A DNA stretch of 63,827 bases, filler included, from Platydemus manokwari (taxonomy: Eukaryota), in NCBI GenBank assembly GCA_037951405.1. It is 6 parts of 6 records of this genome, joined end to end, with 100 filler letters (N's around TTAATTAATTAA, not from the genome) between each part and the next. Parts side by side here need not be neighbours in the genome. Positions count along the whole stretch, not along the records: positions 21,575 to 35,672 come from JBBMOY011534745.1; positions 35,773 to 45,773 come from JBBMOY011180211.1; 4 more parts are not named here. One strand, written 5' to 3'. Below, piece by piece: positions 28,607 to 40,700 of the stretch; the first letter of the stretch is position 1, and each line of letters opens with the position of its first letter. Made by a program: the position numbers and the translations under genes. Below the pieces are notes generated by a model. That model was given only the letters and a program-made list of their open reading frames with translations, was not told where the DNA came from and ran no database searches.

Positions 28607-30637
28607 ATGTTAAAGTATAGAAATTTTATATCTAAATTTCATTTAGTTAATGGTAAAATGGCGTGGATCATGGTAGATAACAATTATGATTTTAAGCATG
28701 AAATACGAAATTCTGGATATGTGGATATGTTGAATGATTCTGATAGAAACATAAAGTATTATAAAGCTTTAAAAAAAGTTATACAACAGATGAAAAACAA
28801 AAATATGAAAGTACACGTTTTAGATATAGGATGCGGCACTGGAATTCTTTCAATGATGGCAATAAAACTAGGAGCTGATAAGGTAACTGCTTGTGAATCT
28901 TTTCAGCCAATGTATGAATGTGCTAAAATTGTTCTTAAACAAAATAATATGATTACAGATAAAATTGATTTGATATTTTGTAATTCTGTAGACCTGAAAG
29001 TTGGTTTAAACATGAAGGAAAAGGCAAATGTCTTAGTTTCTGAAATATTTGACACTGAATTAATCGGCGAAGGTGTTTTGCATACATTTAATCATGCTTT
29101 AAAACATTTATTGACAGAAAATGCTATAGTAATTCCATTTAAAGCTAAAATTTATGTTCAGATACTAGATAGTGAATTTTTGCGATTACACAACTGGTTA
29201 AAGAAAAGCAAATATTTTCCTAAATTTCCTTCTTCATATCACGAGTGTACAGGATACTCATCAGTATTTGATATTCAAGCTAGTGCATTAATAAATTATC
29301 CTCATGTTTTTGTTGGCCAGCCAATGTTAGCAACTGAAATCATTTTTAATAAAGCATCTGAAACTTTTAACGATAAAGTGTTTTGTTCCACTCATTACAA
29401 TGGAGATATCAATTCATTTTCATGTGTCATGTGGTGGGAGCTTGTCATGGTTGTTGATTGCGAAGATAGCATATCAACAGCTCCTAGTTGGATTAATGAA
29501 AAAGCTAATTGTTACTATTGGAGAGACCATTGGCTTCAAGGCGTGTATTCTTTGCCAAATATGAATGAAGTGTTCGCGTTGTCGAAAATTGATTTTAATC
29601 TTTGTCATGATGCATTCTCGTTCTGGGTGGAAAAATACAATCCAAATTCAACAAAAACACATACCGAAAGATCGTTTTGTACATGTGGTTTACATTTGCA
29701 TATCCCCCATAATCGACTGTATCATCTTAACAGTACGGAATATTCAAATCAAGTCGATTATATTACACAGTTTGGTGTATCCAAAAAAATTAGAAAGGCC
29801 GTTGTGATTTCTGATTTGAGTTATTTAACAGTTAGTCTTCCATTATCTGGAGTAGCAACACATACAATAATCGATAATTATTCCATCAGAAAATTGATGC
29901 TAGAATTGATTGAATTAAACAAATTGGAGAAAAATAAAATAACTTTATCATCTTTGGAAGATTTTATTCCTGATTATTTTGACACTGTTGGCATTTTTGG
30001 TGATCCATATTTTATATATTCGATATTTCCTTGGGATAATCTTCATTTCTGGTATGCCGCAGAACATATTAGGAAACAATTTCCGGGTATTGATTGTTAC
30101 ATTTTACCTCAGAAAATGCGTATTAGAGGGGTGTTAGTTAAATTTGACCGTTTACATAAAATAAACAAACCTATTAAATTTATTAACGATTTTGACCTTG
30201 GACCATTTGATGATATTATTCACAAAGATGTGGATAATGACAATCTTTGTTTCGAATCAAAATTTTTATGGGAATATGATTCATATATTAGATCTGAAAT
30301 ATGTGATTTAATAACTATTGATATGAGGGAATCTATTGATGATTTATGTAACAACAATGTTACCGAATTAATTGGTAGTCATGTATTTAAATCGGTTGAT
30401 TGGTCTGACACTAATGGGCTTGTGTTGTGGACTGTTTGGGAACTCAGTGATAATGTATGGATTGATAACAGTTTACAGTTTATTGATTTTACAAATGGAA
30501 GAATTAATTGGAAACCAATCACTAAACAAGGTGTTCATTTTCTCTTCGATTCACAGTTACAAAATTGTAGTGAAGTTGAATTTAAATGCACCTTAAATGT
30601 TCAAAATTCAAATTTTCGTTTCTCTATGATTACATAA
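28607..30637 (+). CDS. PRMT7: Protein arginine N-methyltransferase 7, single coding exon
   Basis: YDFKHEI..YVDMLND; motif I VLDIGCGTGILSMMA; double-E loop SEIFDTELIGEG; WRDHWLQGVY (THW-loop variant); duplicated second PRMT module; ~676 aa from ATG 28607. Confidence 0.96.
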   Translation: MLKYRNFISKFHLVNGKMAWIMVDNNYDFKHEIRNSGYVDMLNDSDRNIKYYKALKKVIQQMKNKNMKVHVLDIGCGTGILSMMAIKLGADKVTACESFQPMYECAKIVLKQNNMITDKIDLIFCNSVDLKVGLNMKEKANVLVSEIFDTELIGEGVLHTFNHALKHLLTENAIVIPFKAKIYVQILDSEFLRLHNWLKKSKYFPKFPSSYHECTGYSSVFDIQASALINYPHVFVGQPMLATEIIFNKASETFNDKVFCSTHYNGDINSFSCVMWWELVMVVDCEDSISTAPSWINEKANCYYWRDHWLQGVYSLPNMNEVFALSKIDFNLCHDAFSFWVEKYNPNSTKTHTERSFCTCGLHLHIPHNRLYHLNSTEYSNQVDYITQFGVSKKIRKAVVISDLSYLTVSLPLSGVATHTIIDNYSIRKLMLELIELNKLEKNKITLSSLEDFIPDYFDTVGIFGDPYFIYSIFPWDNLHFWYAAEHIRKQFPGIDCYILPQKMRIRGVLVKFDRLHKINKPIKFINDFDLGPFDDIIHKDVDNDNLCFESKFLWEYDSYIRSEICDLITIDMRESIDDLCNNNVTELIGSHVFKSVDWSDTNGLVLWTVWELSDNVWIDNSLQFIDFTNGRINWKPITKQGVHFLFDSQLQNCSEVEFKCTLNVQNSNFRFSMIT

Positions 30638-31166
30638 ATTTTGTGTAATATACGATGGATAATTTTTTAATCTTAAAATTATCAAAGCTTATCGCAATGT
30701 TTTTTAATTGAAGGGTTTATTATCATATTTACTAAATACAGTTATGACAGTGAGAGTTTAGAATAGGGATATTCAACCAAATTTATTAAAATTGCTTCAG
30801 GAATTATTGTGAATATTTTATTTATCTTCTGACTTATTAATGGAGTGTATTGAACTACAAAATTTTATAATTTTGTAAAGGACTACAAACTAATGTTGAT
30901 TAACTAATATTTCGGTTAGTATATTGATCAACATTTTTATCAGAATTTGATTTCATTACTCAGGCATTCTAGTTGTTTTAACCCAAATAATGGTTAATCA
31001 TGTATTATAAATCAACCCTAGTTCATAGTCCTTTATCAGAAGCTATTCATATTTTTATATTCATAGAATAAGTAAGTTGTCGAGAAAATTCATCTTTTAA
31101 TTTCAACACTGTAAACAACAATTATGATTGTGAAGTGTAAGGCATTCAAAATTATCATGTTTGTAT

Positions 31167-34100
31167 CTATGATTTCAAAAATAGTGCAACTCCACATTGT
31201 ATCCATTTATCTTGTTGACCATTTTGACATGGGACATCGATTTTGGTAACAATTTTGTTCCTGGAGTTATCATAATATAGAGGAAGACTTATCATTTGAT
31301 CTTCACTGTATACATTCGATTGATTCTATAAGAAAAAATATTAATCATTAAAACTTGAAGTTAAATATAAAATCACGATTTTCAATTTTAACAAAAATAT
31401 GTAAATAGACGATGAAATAAAAAAATCTTCATCTTACTTTAGAAATCCACCCAACAGATACAGGTGGTAATGTTAAAATTGAACTAGAATCTCTTAAACA
31501 TTCAGTTAACATAGTTCCATCAAATAAACATCCTTCAATTTGGAGATTCCCTATTTTCACAGGATATTTTGCTGAAACGTTGCTCCCACCCCATTTGCAT
31601 ACAAATTTTAATTCATCCATTGAAGTTTGAATTGACCTAGCTGTCAATTGTCTTAGAGCGTTTAAGAATGTATCTGGATGAAACAAATCCCCAAGATCAA
31701 GAGCAGATGTTAATAATTCATCTTTATCTGCCTTTTCCACCCACGACTAAATAAAATATTTTTAATTTTTTTAAACATTTTTATAAGATTTGAGGGAAAA
31801 TAAATAACTTACGTATTATATTTTTAAATCTTGAAAAACACAAATAACTTTTACTATTACGGTTAAGAGCAAATAATGTACTTGAACGAGATTCACTGCA
31901 ATTTTTATAATATTCCTTCCAATACAATCCCTTATTAAAAAAATTTTTAGTATTTATTGACATTTTTTCATAAAATTTAAAATAAAAAGCGTTTTAAGTT
32001 AAACACTAGTTTCGACATTTGAGTCAAAATGACCAATTTGAAAATTGATATTATAATTTACTGAACATATACATATAATGATGTTTATTTGAAATAAATG
32101 TGTTACATATTCTTTAATATTGGTGTTATACTTTTTTATATTTTCATAATTGATATTGAATAAATAAAAGTATAATGCCCTTTGTATCTGATTTGAACCT
32201 AAAATGTTCAAAATATTTATATTTTATATTTATTGAATATTTAACAATTAGTATCAATAACTTAAGATTTTCATTTTTTTAATTCTCAACTCGCAAGGAG
32301 GAACATTTTAAATTTACAAATTTTCGTAAAAATTTATTAAACTTTCAAAATAAGTTTGTACAATGGGCCAATAATTTATTTTCATTGACAAGTGAATCTG
32401 TTAAGCTTTTATTGAAATTGATAAACAATTTAAACAAAGACAATAAAATAAAATTTTTAAAATACATTTTTATCAACCTATATTTATACAACAATTAAAA
32501 CTGTTTTTATGTGTTAAATTATTAGTTTTTGTCCATATTTTTTAATTTTAGCATAATTAAAAATAATTAAATTTAAATTTTATTTAAATTAAGTTATCAA
32601 ATTTTCGCAAGTTGAAAACCACTAGATTATACGCAGCATTTAATTTAAAAATTATGCTCAGAAGGAAACTCTGAAACTTTGTAATAATTAATTAATTATG
32701 AATTCAACATTTAATTAAAATATATAAAAATTCGAAAATCACATATGAAAATAACCTCAACTGCTTTTGCTTTAGAAACGAGTATGCGTAAATATTCAAA
32801 AGGTTCTTCTGGACCTTCCCATTGATTAAGCCATGTAAGAGGTGTTTGACCAGACAATAATTGTTCACTGAGCACTTGTACGTCTTTGGTCAAAAGCTGA
32901 GAACCTTTAAGAACTTTAGATAGTTCAGTTAAGGAACCGTGAACAAATTGAACTAGTTTAATTGAATTATATCTTTCTAATTGCAAAAATGAAATAATAG
33001 GTGAATCGGTCGAACTTCGTTTCGAAGGATCAGGTAATTGTATCTATAAAAATCCATCTAAACCAAAGCTCCTACTTCAGCGATTTATATTACCTTTATA
33101 ATTTGTAATCCTTGATTCAAATTTTTCCATCTATTTAAAATAGGAATTAATTCTTTGCTCCAGATATCCTTGTCAAATTTAACTCCTATTATAGAAAATC
33201 TTTGAAGAACCCTTAACTGTAAGATCACTTGAGAACTTATTATTCTTTGAGAACTTCGATCTATATTTTCAGGTAGACCAAAAAATGACGGACTATTATA
33301 GTCAGGTAGCTGATTGATAAGCGCCAAGTAATCCTTGTAAATTTAGGATTTTAGTTTATTTATATAACAAATTAAAACATGCTTTCTTTGAAGTTGAGGA
33401 TGGAAGTTGAAATTTTCCAAAACATGTTGCAGCTCCATTAACTACAGCATCATTGAAAAATTGCTTAATATATGACGTGAGAACTCTCATATCAAACGTA
33501 TTATCAACTCGTCCACCGAAAATAGCATTCTCATAAAGCCCGTGAATAAATCTCCATTGAATATTTCGACCAGATTTTTTAATAATATGATTAAGAATAT
33601 CCGTGCCTGCACGCAAATCAGCAATTGAAAATTCATAAAATTTAGACCATCCTTGGGGAATGAAATTTCTTCTTTCTTGAATAATGGCATGAAATGAAGC
33701 TAATGAAAATAATGCATTGGCTCTTGTAGCTGAGCCAGTCTTGCTTATAAAATCATCGTTCCAATTTTCATAACTTCTTATTAAATTATTTTTTATTCCA
33801 GGAGGTGCCTGTAATTAATCCTCAATAATATTAAAAAAAGTAATTTCAAACCTCGTAAGTTATTTTGAGGCTTGACTGTAAAAGAATAGTAGAAAAGCTA
33901 ATGTGAGGCTCTGCTGTTAACCATAGTCTGAAGTCCTTATGAGGTTTCAACGAATTTAATTCTTTTTCTAAAGAGGGTAGCCAACTGATAACCAAATGTA
34001 AATTTTTAAGACACAACCAATCTCCGTTTTGTGCACATTTATTTAATAAATTTAATGCAATGTCAGCTTGACCTTGTCCCATTGCTACCTGAAATGAAAA

Positions 34101-35166
34101 TTTTGATAAATTCAGATTTCAGTCATATTTATATACCTTTGTAAAATTTAAGCTCGTTAATTAAGATATATTATATTTTAAATAAAAAATGAAACTATCA
34201 CATGAAAATAAACGTGTTTTAATATTCTTTAAGTTTCATAGATAAAAGTAGCTCTACCCTTAAAAAAATTATCAAAATATTCCAAAATATTGTGGATAAA
34301 CATAGTAAAATAATTAATAAAAATTGTATTGTATATTAAATATGAAAATAATTTATGTTGATAATGGAAACGATAAATTTTTGGTCGTGACCTTATTAAG
34401 ACTTTAAGAAGTTCGCCTTGAAACGCCCAAGCTAATTAAAAAAATATAAAAATAATATTAGCGAACTAAATGAAGATAAATTTGAAAAATATAAAGTTTT
34501 ACATATAAAAATAAATTCAATAATTATTCACTTGATTGTAACGTTCTGATCCCACAATTTGTGTTGCTAGTTCTTGTAAATCTTGAGATGGATCAGCCCC
34601 AGGGGAAATAATTATTAATATTGGTTCATTAGGAATAGTTTCCGTTTCAAGAATCTGTCGAAGATTCATTGAAGACGGACTTAACTGCTTCAATTCTGAT
34701 TATAAAATTAAGTAGATATCATAAAAGGTATTTGAATTGAGGTTTGCATTGATGATAATATTCATTAAAAAATAATAAAATTAGAGAAAACATACCTTGC
34801 ACAATTTTTAGTTGAAGCAAGAATTAAATGTAATTTAATGAAAATAATGATAATTAAATATAAATTTAATAAACAGTAAAAACAAAATTGAATATTGGAA
34901 AATAATCAATAATTGTTTTCAATAATCCTCTAAACTGAAACAAATAAAATCAATAACTCACCTAAAACATTGCAACAAAATTGCGAAAGTGCCGATTGTA
35001 ATCGATCCGGCCTTAAAGCTTGTATAAGTAAAACCTTTTGAAAAGATTGTAATTTATTAGTCAAGAATGATGGGATATCTCGTTCACATTCACTAGATTT
35101 AGCAAATTGATGCCATAAAGATTCATCTTTCAAATTCAAAGTTGACCATACTTCCGGTAATGCGCT
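31167..35166 (-). CDS. DYNC2H1: Cytoplasmic dynein-2 (IFT dynein) heavy chain, 3' portion
   Basis: Phase-consistent exons: 34962-35166, 34532-34695, 33852-34088, 33383-33808, 33094-33333, 32756-33043, 31438-31746, 31167-31325. Motifs QALRPDRLQSA, VAMGQGQ..GDWLCLKNLHL, FRLWLTAE, QERRNFIPQGW, GGRVDN, and C-terminus WIQCGVALFLKS*. The 5' part is lost at the contig end. Confidence 0.95.
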
Positions 35167-35179
35167 CTGAGTAAACCGA

Positions 35180-35183
<4 letters not shown>

Positions 35184-35210
<27 letters not shown>
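35184..35210. repeat. (TA)n microsatellite in dynein intron
   Basis: Direct read. Confidence 0.9.
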
Positions 35211-35672
35211 CAATTTATATTGTTTTTCTTCAGTTCATGAATTTTAAACATATAAATTTTAAATATAATAAATAATCTGCGTTTGAGACGTCTGTAAATT
35301 TCACTGTAATTTTTTAACATATTATCAGTGCTAATTTTCTTTAAATAGAAACACTTATTTCAGAAATCTAAATTCGTTGTACAATTGTTGCCTCTTTTTA
35401 ATAGTTCAATTACTCTAGAAATCCAGGAACTTGCAGAATTATAATAATAATACTATTATAAATTGCATAAGAACTATAAATTATTCAATTAAATAAAAAC
35501 TAAATAAAAGTTTGCATTCAAAAGAGAATTAAAACACAATCATTTTGTCTTCGACTTAAATAACAAATGTCTTACTCAAATTATTATTTGGTTTTGCTTT
35601 TTTATGAATAGGAAAAGTTATCAAATGTATAGTTTATTAAAAGCAATGACTTTAGAATAATATTTTGTAATA

Positions 35673-35772
35673 NNNNNNNNNNNNNNNNNNNNNNNNNNNN
35701 NNNNNNNNNNNNNNNNTTAATTAATTAANNNNNNNNNNNNNNNNNNNNNNNNNNNNNNNNNNNNNNNNNNNN
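35673..35772. other. Artificial contig-joining spacer
   Basis: N44-TTAATTAATTAA-N44. Confidence 0.98.
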
Positions 35773-37730
35773 GTCGGTTTTATTTTCAAATTAGTTGGCG
35801 TAGTTCCGCATACAGTATATGGGCCTTTGTATGGGCGGTTCAATTTTGGAGACATTCCACGAATATTTTCTGGACGAAACAAATAAACTAGATCACCTGT
35901 TTTAATTCCATGCTCGTGTGCCTTTTTATCATAATCATTTTTGTTTTGTTACTGTTTATATTTTATTTTTAAGCAGGCTTTTGGCCAAACCGATTGCAAT
36001 CTCTCTTGTAATATTGATTTATAATCTGCTGTTTCCATGTACTGTGTTACGGGTTCCTAATAATTTAAATCTATAGGCATATTATTTCTTCGTAAATACA
36101 TCAAACAAAATGGTGTTTCTCCTGTTGCTTTATGCACAACGTTTCTGTAAGCATATAAGCAAGGATTAATATATAAGTGCCAGTTTCGCCGAGTCCTTCC
36201 AGTATACGATGACAACATATTGATCAAAGTGCCATTGAATCGCTCAACCAATACATCGGTTTGTGGGTGATACGGTGATGTATTTAACTTTAAAATTCCG
36301 AACAAGTCTATTAAAGCCTTAAATAATTCGCTAAGAAAGTTCGTTGCACAATCAGTTAATAATTTCTTAGGGGTTCCTAATCGAAAGACTATACCCTAAA
36401 CAAAGGTATATGCGACTGTTTCCGCTTTTTGATTTTTAATTTCAAAGGCCTCCGGTTACTTTTTAGGTAATCACAAAATACTAAAATATATTTGTTACCA
36501 TTTACTGTTTCTGGGAATAGTCCGACTATATTCATAGCTGTCATCTCCATGGAAGCTGAAGGTATTGGCATGGGTATCAATGGTGCTTTGATCCGTACTG
36601 CCGTTTTTCGCCTAGTTGTACATATTTTACAAGATTTGTACCAATATTTAACATCTTGTTCCAATTTAGCCCAACAATATTTTGATCTCAGGCTCGATAA
36701 TGTCTTCCTTGAAGATAGATGTCCCCTTAGCGCGCTATCGTGATATTGCATTAAAAGAATATGTCTGTGTTTTTCTGGTACTACTAATAATATGTTGTTG
36801 CCATTATAATATTTCAATAATTTTTGCTGTATAAAATATCCTGGTTGTGTAAGTTATTTGGGATCTACATTGTACGATCGTTTTTCCAGTGACGTTTTAA
36901 GTCGTTTAATTTCAGTGTCGTTTTTCTGATCCTCATAAAAAGTTTTCACACAAAATATTTTTCACTGATGTAAATATGGTAAAAAAAACTTTGTTTATCA
37001 TTAGTTCCTTCTTCAATTCCGTCTTCTTTAATTCTCGACAAAGTATCCGCATTTGCATTTGATTTTCCCGATCTATACCTAATTTCAATGTCGTATTGTT
37101 GAAGCGTCATTACCCGCCTAATTAATCTACTGGCAACATCCCTATGATTCATGAGCCATTTAAAAGGATTATAATCTGTATACAATATAATATTGTGTCC
37201 TAATAAATATTTTCGAAAATGTGTTACTGCGAAGATAATTGCAAACGCTTCTTTTTCTATAGTTGAATAATTTTTTCGTGTTTCTTTAAAGCTCTTCTGG
37301 TATATGCGATAACATGATATTTTTCTCCGTCATTCTGTTGGACTAATATAGCACAGATAGCAAATCCGCTTGCGTCCTTCATTACAATGAAGGGTTGTCT
37401 CATGTCGGGATGTTGGAGTATTGGATTTGTAGTTAATTTTTGTTTGAACAACTCAAAAGCATCCTGATGTAGTTTCTGCCATTGAAATAGTGCATTTTTC
37501 TTTAACTGCGTATAGATCGGATGTGCAATATGTGAGAGGTTTTGTATGAATTTTCGATAATAACTGGCAAGTCCAAGAAAAGATCTCACTTAATCAATAT
37601 TGGTTGGGACCGGAAATTTCAATATTTTATCTATAAGTGCTGGATTAGGTTTTAATCCTTCTCTAGAAATAATATGACCGATGTAAGTAACTTCTGATTT
37701 TGCCCATTCACATTTTGAAGCTCTGATTTT
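35773..37730 (-). mobile_element. Ty3/Gypsy LTR retrotransposon pol fragment (RT end, RNase H, integrase), frameshifted
   Basis: RSFLGLASYYRKFI; KDASGFAI; YTDYNPFKWL; GKSNANADTLSR; HDSALRGHLS..CKIC; SPYHPQTDVLVERFNGTL; GPY near 35825. RT-RH-INT order is Gypsy. Confidence 0.93.
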
Positions 37731-40700
37731 ACAAAATAATTTGTAAATGATTTATTAATCACAATAATATAACTTTACCTTTCAAGGTACTAAATCGTTT
37801 TTCTTTTTCAGAATTTGTCTTCACTCAACAATATTGATTTGGAAGTTGACTCCCACAAATGTCCATTATAGCGGATACCTCAAAAAAATGATCATTGAAA
37901 TTTAGAAAATTTCTGGACGCTAGTCAAATCAGACCGAAATTTCGATGATTACCAGGTGATGATTGAGAAAAAAGAATCTACTTATTATGACACTGAAAAA
38001 CTGGTTTTTATAGTAAATAATTTCGACTCAACTGTGTGACGATTAGATTTATGTGATCATCTTTTCATTTTTGATGAAAAAGTCGTCTATTGGATAACTA
38101 GTGTATATAAATAAGAAGATAAAAAATAACATATGTTTAAAAATAGAAGTGACAAATTTATAAGTTGTAGATAATAATAGCCAGACAAATGTAATGTAAT
38201 AAGAATTTAAATAAACCTCACCAGCTAAAATTTTTAAACAATGGTATTTAGAAAACTTTAAATTACAATTTAAAATATGAATTCAGGAAAATATCAACTA
38301 ATAATATTATTATGAGCAAATTATCAGAACAGCAAAGTAATGATATTATTAATTAGTCAGGTAAGATATGTTATATAAGCTAGTATTTAACATATAAATA
38401 TAGAGTTAAAACAAAATGAAAAAATAATGTTTATTAAATTTTAAAAAATAATTTAAAAGTCAGAATTAATGTATACAGTGTAGCCTAATGTATACAGTTT
38501 TGGCACCTTAAAACATGACAATATAAGGTAAAATAATATATTGTTAACATTATAAATTTTTAAATGAATTTTTAAGCATGAATTTTTTGCCACAATATAG
38601 TAATCCTGCGATTTTGGTTACTTGATGAATTGGTCTCAAAATTATTATATAAGCAGATAGTTATTTTCTAGATTTCTTTTAGTCCTATCTGTCTCTGGTC
38701 CGAGGCACTAATGAGGCCGATGGAAGGCCGAAATAATCATAATTGTTTTTGAAAGGTCCGATAGATCCTTCTATATATCTCTAAACCGAGAAATTTATGA
38801 GGCCAATCTAGGACCAAAATAGGACTAATTTTCAACAAAAGGTAGTTTATTTATTTATATATTTATTATAACAACCACTTAACAGATATAAATAAAAGAA
38901 TTCGATTGTTTGTTGCTTGGTTCTACGAACTTAAACCACATTTCAAATAAATAGAACACTGAAATATAACTTTTTTATTCCAATGAAAGAATCAAAGTTT
39001 TTATTAATAATTTAAACACAAATACAAATTTTTGTTTCTACTGGTTGAAAAATATTAAATTGTAAAACATTGGTTTGCGTAGAATGAAGAGACAGACCAA
39101 AAAATTGGTTATGAAAGATCCACTACATACATCTTGATTTCAAATTTCACAATACAAATACAATTACGAACTACTCTAAAATAAATTTGATTCAAAAAAC
39201 GCTGTTCGAGGGGAAATATCAAATGATTAACAAATACTTCATGCCAAATCAATTTAGAACATTGTTTGGTTTCAATTTTGGGACTAATTTTCAAGCTATA
39301 TTTTTTAAAGTTTATAACATTAAATTTATCACTGGTTTCATTTTATAAATTCTTTTTATTGATTTTACAAACAGCAATTTAAAATGATCGTTTTACAATA
39401 TATGGAATCATTATACTGAACTTCATTGTTTCGATCAATAAAATAGCCTGTTGTGTAGTTTCTACACGTATCAATGCATGATATGATTTATTTTTGAATA
39501 ATCCTAGCAAACAATTTAAATAAACAAGTCCCAGTCAAGACAGAGTAAGAATCGTTGCTAAACGGATTTGAAGTACATTTCACATGAGTACGACGGAAGT
39601 AGTTATACCTAGCATCTGGAACATACAAGTCTGGAGGACTTAAACCAGCCATGCGTGCGGACATCAACATCGTCATGCAAATATCTTATTGTATTGTAAT
39701 CATGATTAACTTTGATTTCTGTATTTTTACGAATTAGTATATCATTTATTGTTATTTATTTTATATTTTATTAATATCTTAATATTTTATATATCATCTC
39801 ATTCAAGTGTCTATTTAAAAATACTCAACACTAACATACAAAGCCCATAATTTGTTAATTTAAAATTAACTTTTAAAAATTCACCTTTAAGAAATATCTT
39901 AGTGAACAAAGCATTATTGTGTAATTGTGTTTACATTATTTTTTAAAAATGATTGAATTATCCCTTTTACTAAAAGTAAAATTTTAAGTAGTCAGAATAG
40001 TGGTCAGTTATTTTCTATAGTTATTGACTTATTCTTGTAACAATAGTCCGTTGTAATTGACTTGTAAATTTATTATTTAATTAATCACGAACCTTTCATA
40101 AAGATTTATATTGAATTAAAACTTTTAATCTATCTTAATATGTTCAATCTATAAGACCATAATATAACTAAATTTTATTAGTCTTCTTATTTTCAGGTAA
40201 TTTCGCAGTAATTTAAAGAAAGATAAAGGAAGTACAACTTGTTTTAATATTTTCATTATTTAAATTATTATATATGGCTTTCCTATCTATATTAATAAAT
40301 AAATATGATATTTTACTGCGAATTTTTTAGAGAAATCGCTCTAAACATTTATGGAATATTAACTTGGTATTTGAATATTCAATAATTTTGTAAATTAAAT
40401 ATTTTATTCTTCAGACTGAGCTACGATATATGAAAGTACGTAATGATATCTTTTAATACATTAGTCAAAGTTTTCTAACTAATCAAAACTAATCAATCTA
40501 TACAAAACAGATGAAAAAGTAATGAAAAAAGAATCAGATTTATATATTATTTAATTCAAATAATATAAAATTTTAAATTTTATTTCATCAAAATTTAACT
40601 TCATGTAAAATTTTTGTATTGCTTTATTTCTATTGTGTATTTTACTTAATGCTTATTTATAAATTGGTCATTTAAATGGAGCCAATTTCCATGATATTGG

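Noticed and set aside
37779-37880. Exon-like block ending ..FSTLK, tempting as the upstream DYNC2H1 exon
   Set aside because: In-frame TGA, wrong phase (1 instead of 0), and it lies on a different contig
38679-38828. 10-bp inverted repeat TTAGTCCTAT/ATAGGACTAA around a GC-richer patch
   Set aside because: May be a MITE fragment, but it is single-copy here and has no TSD
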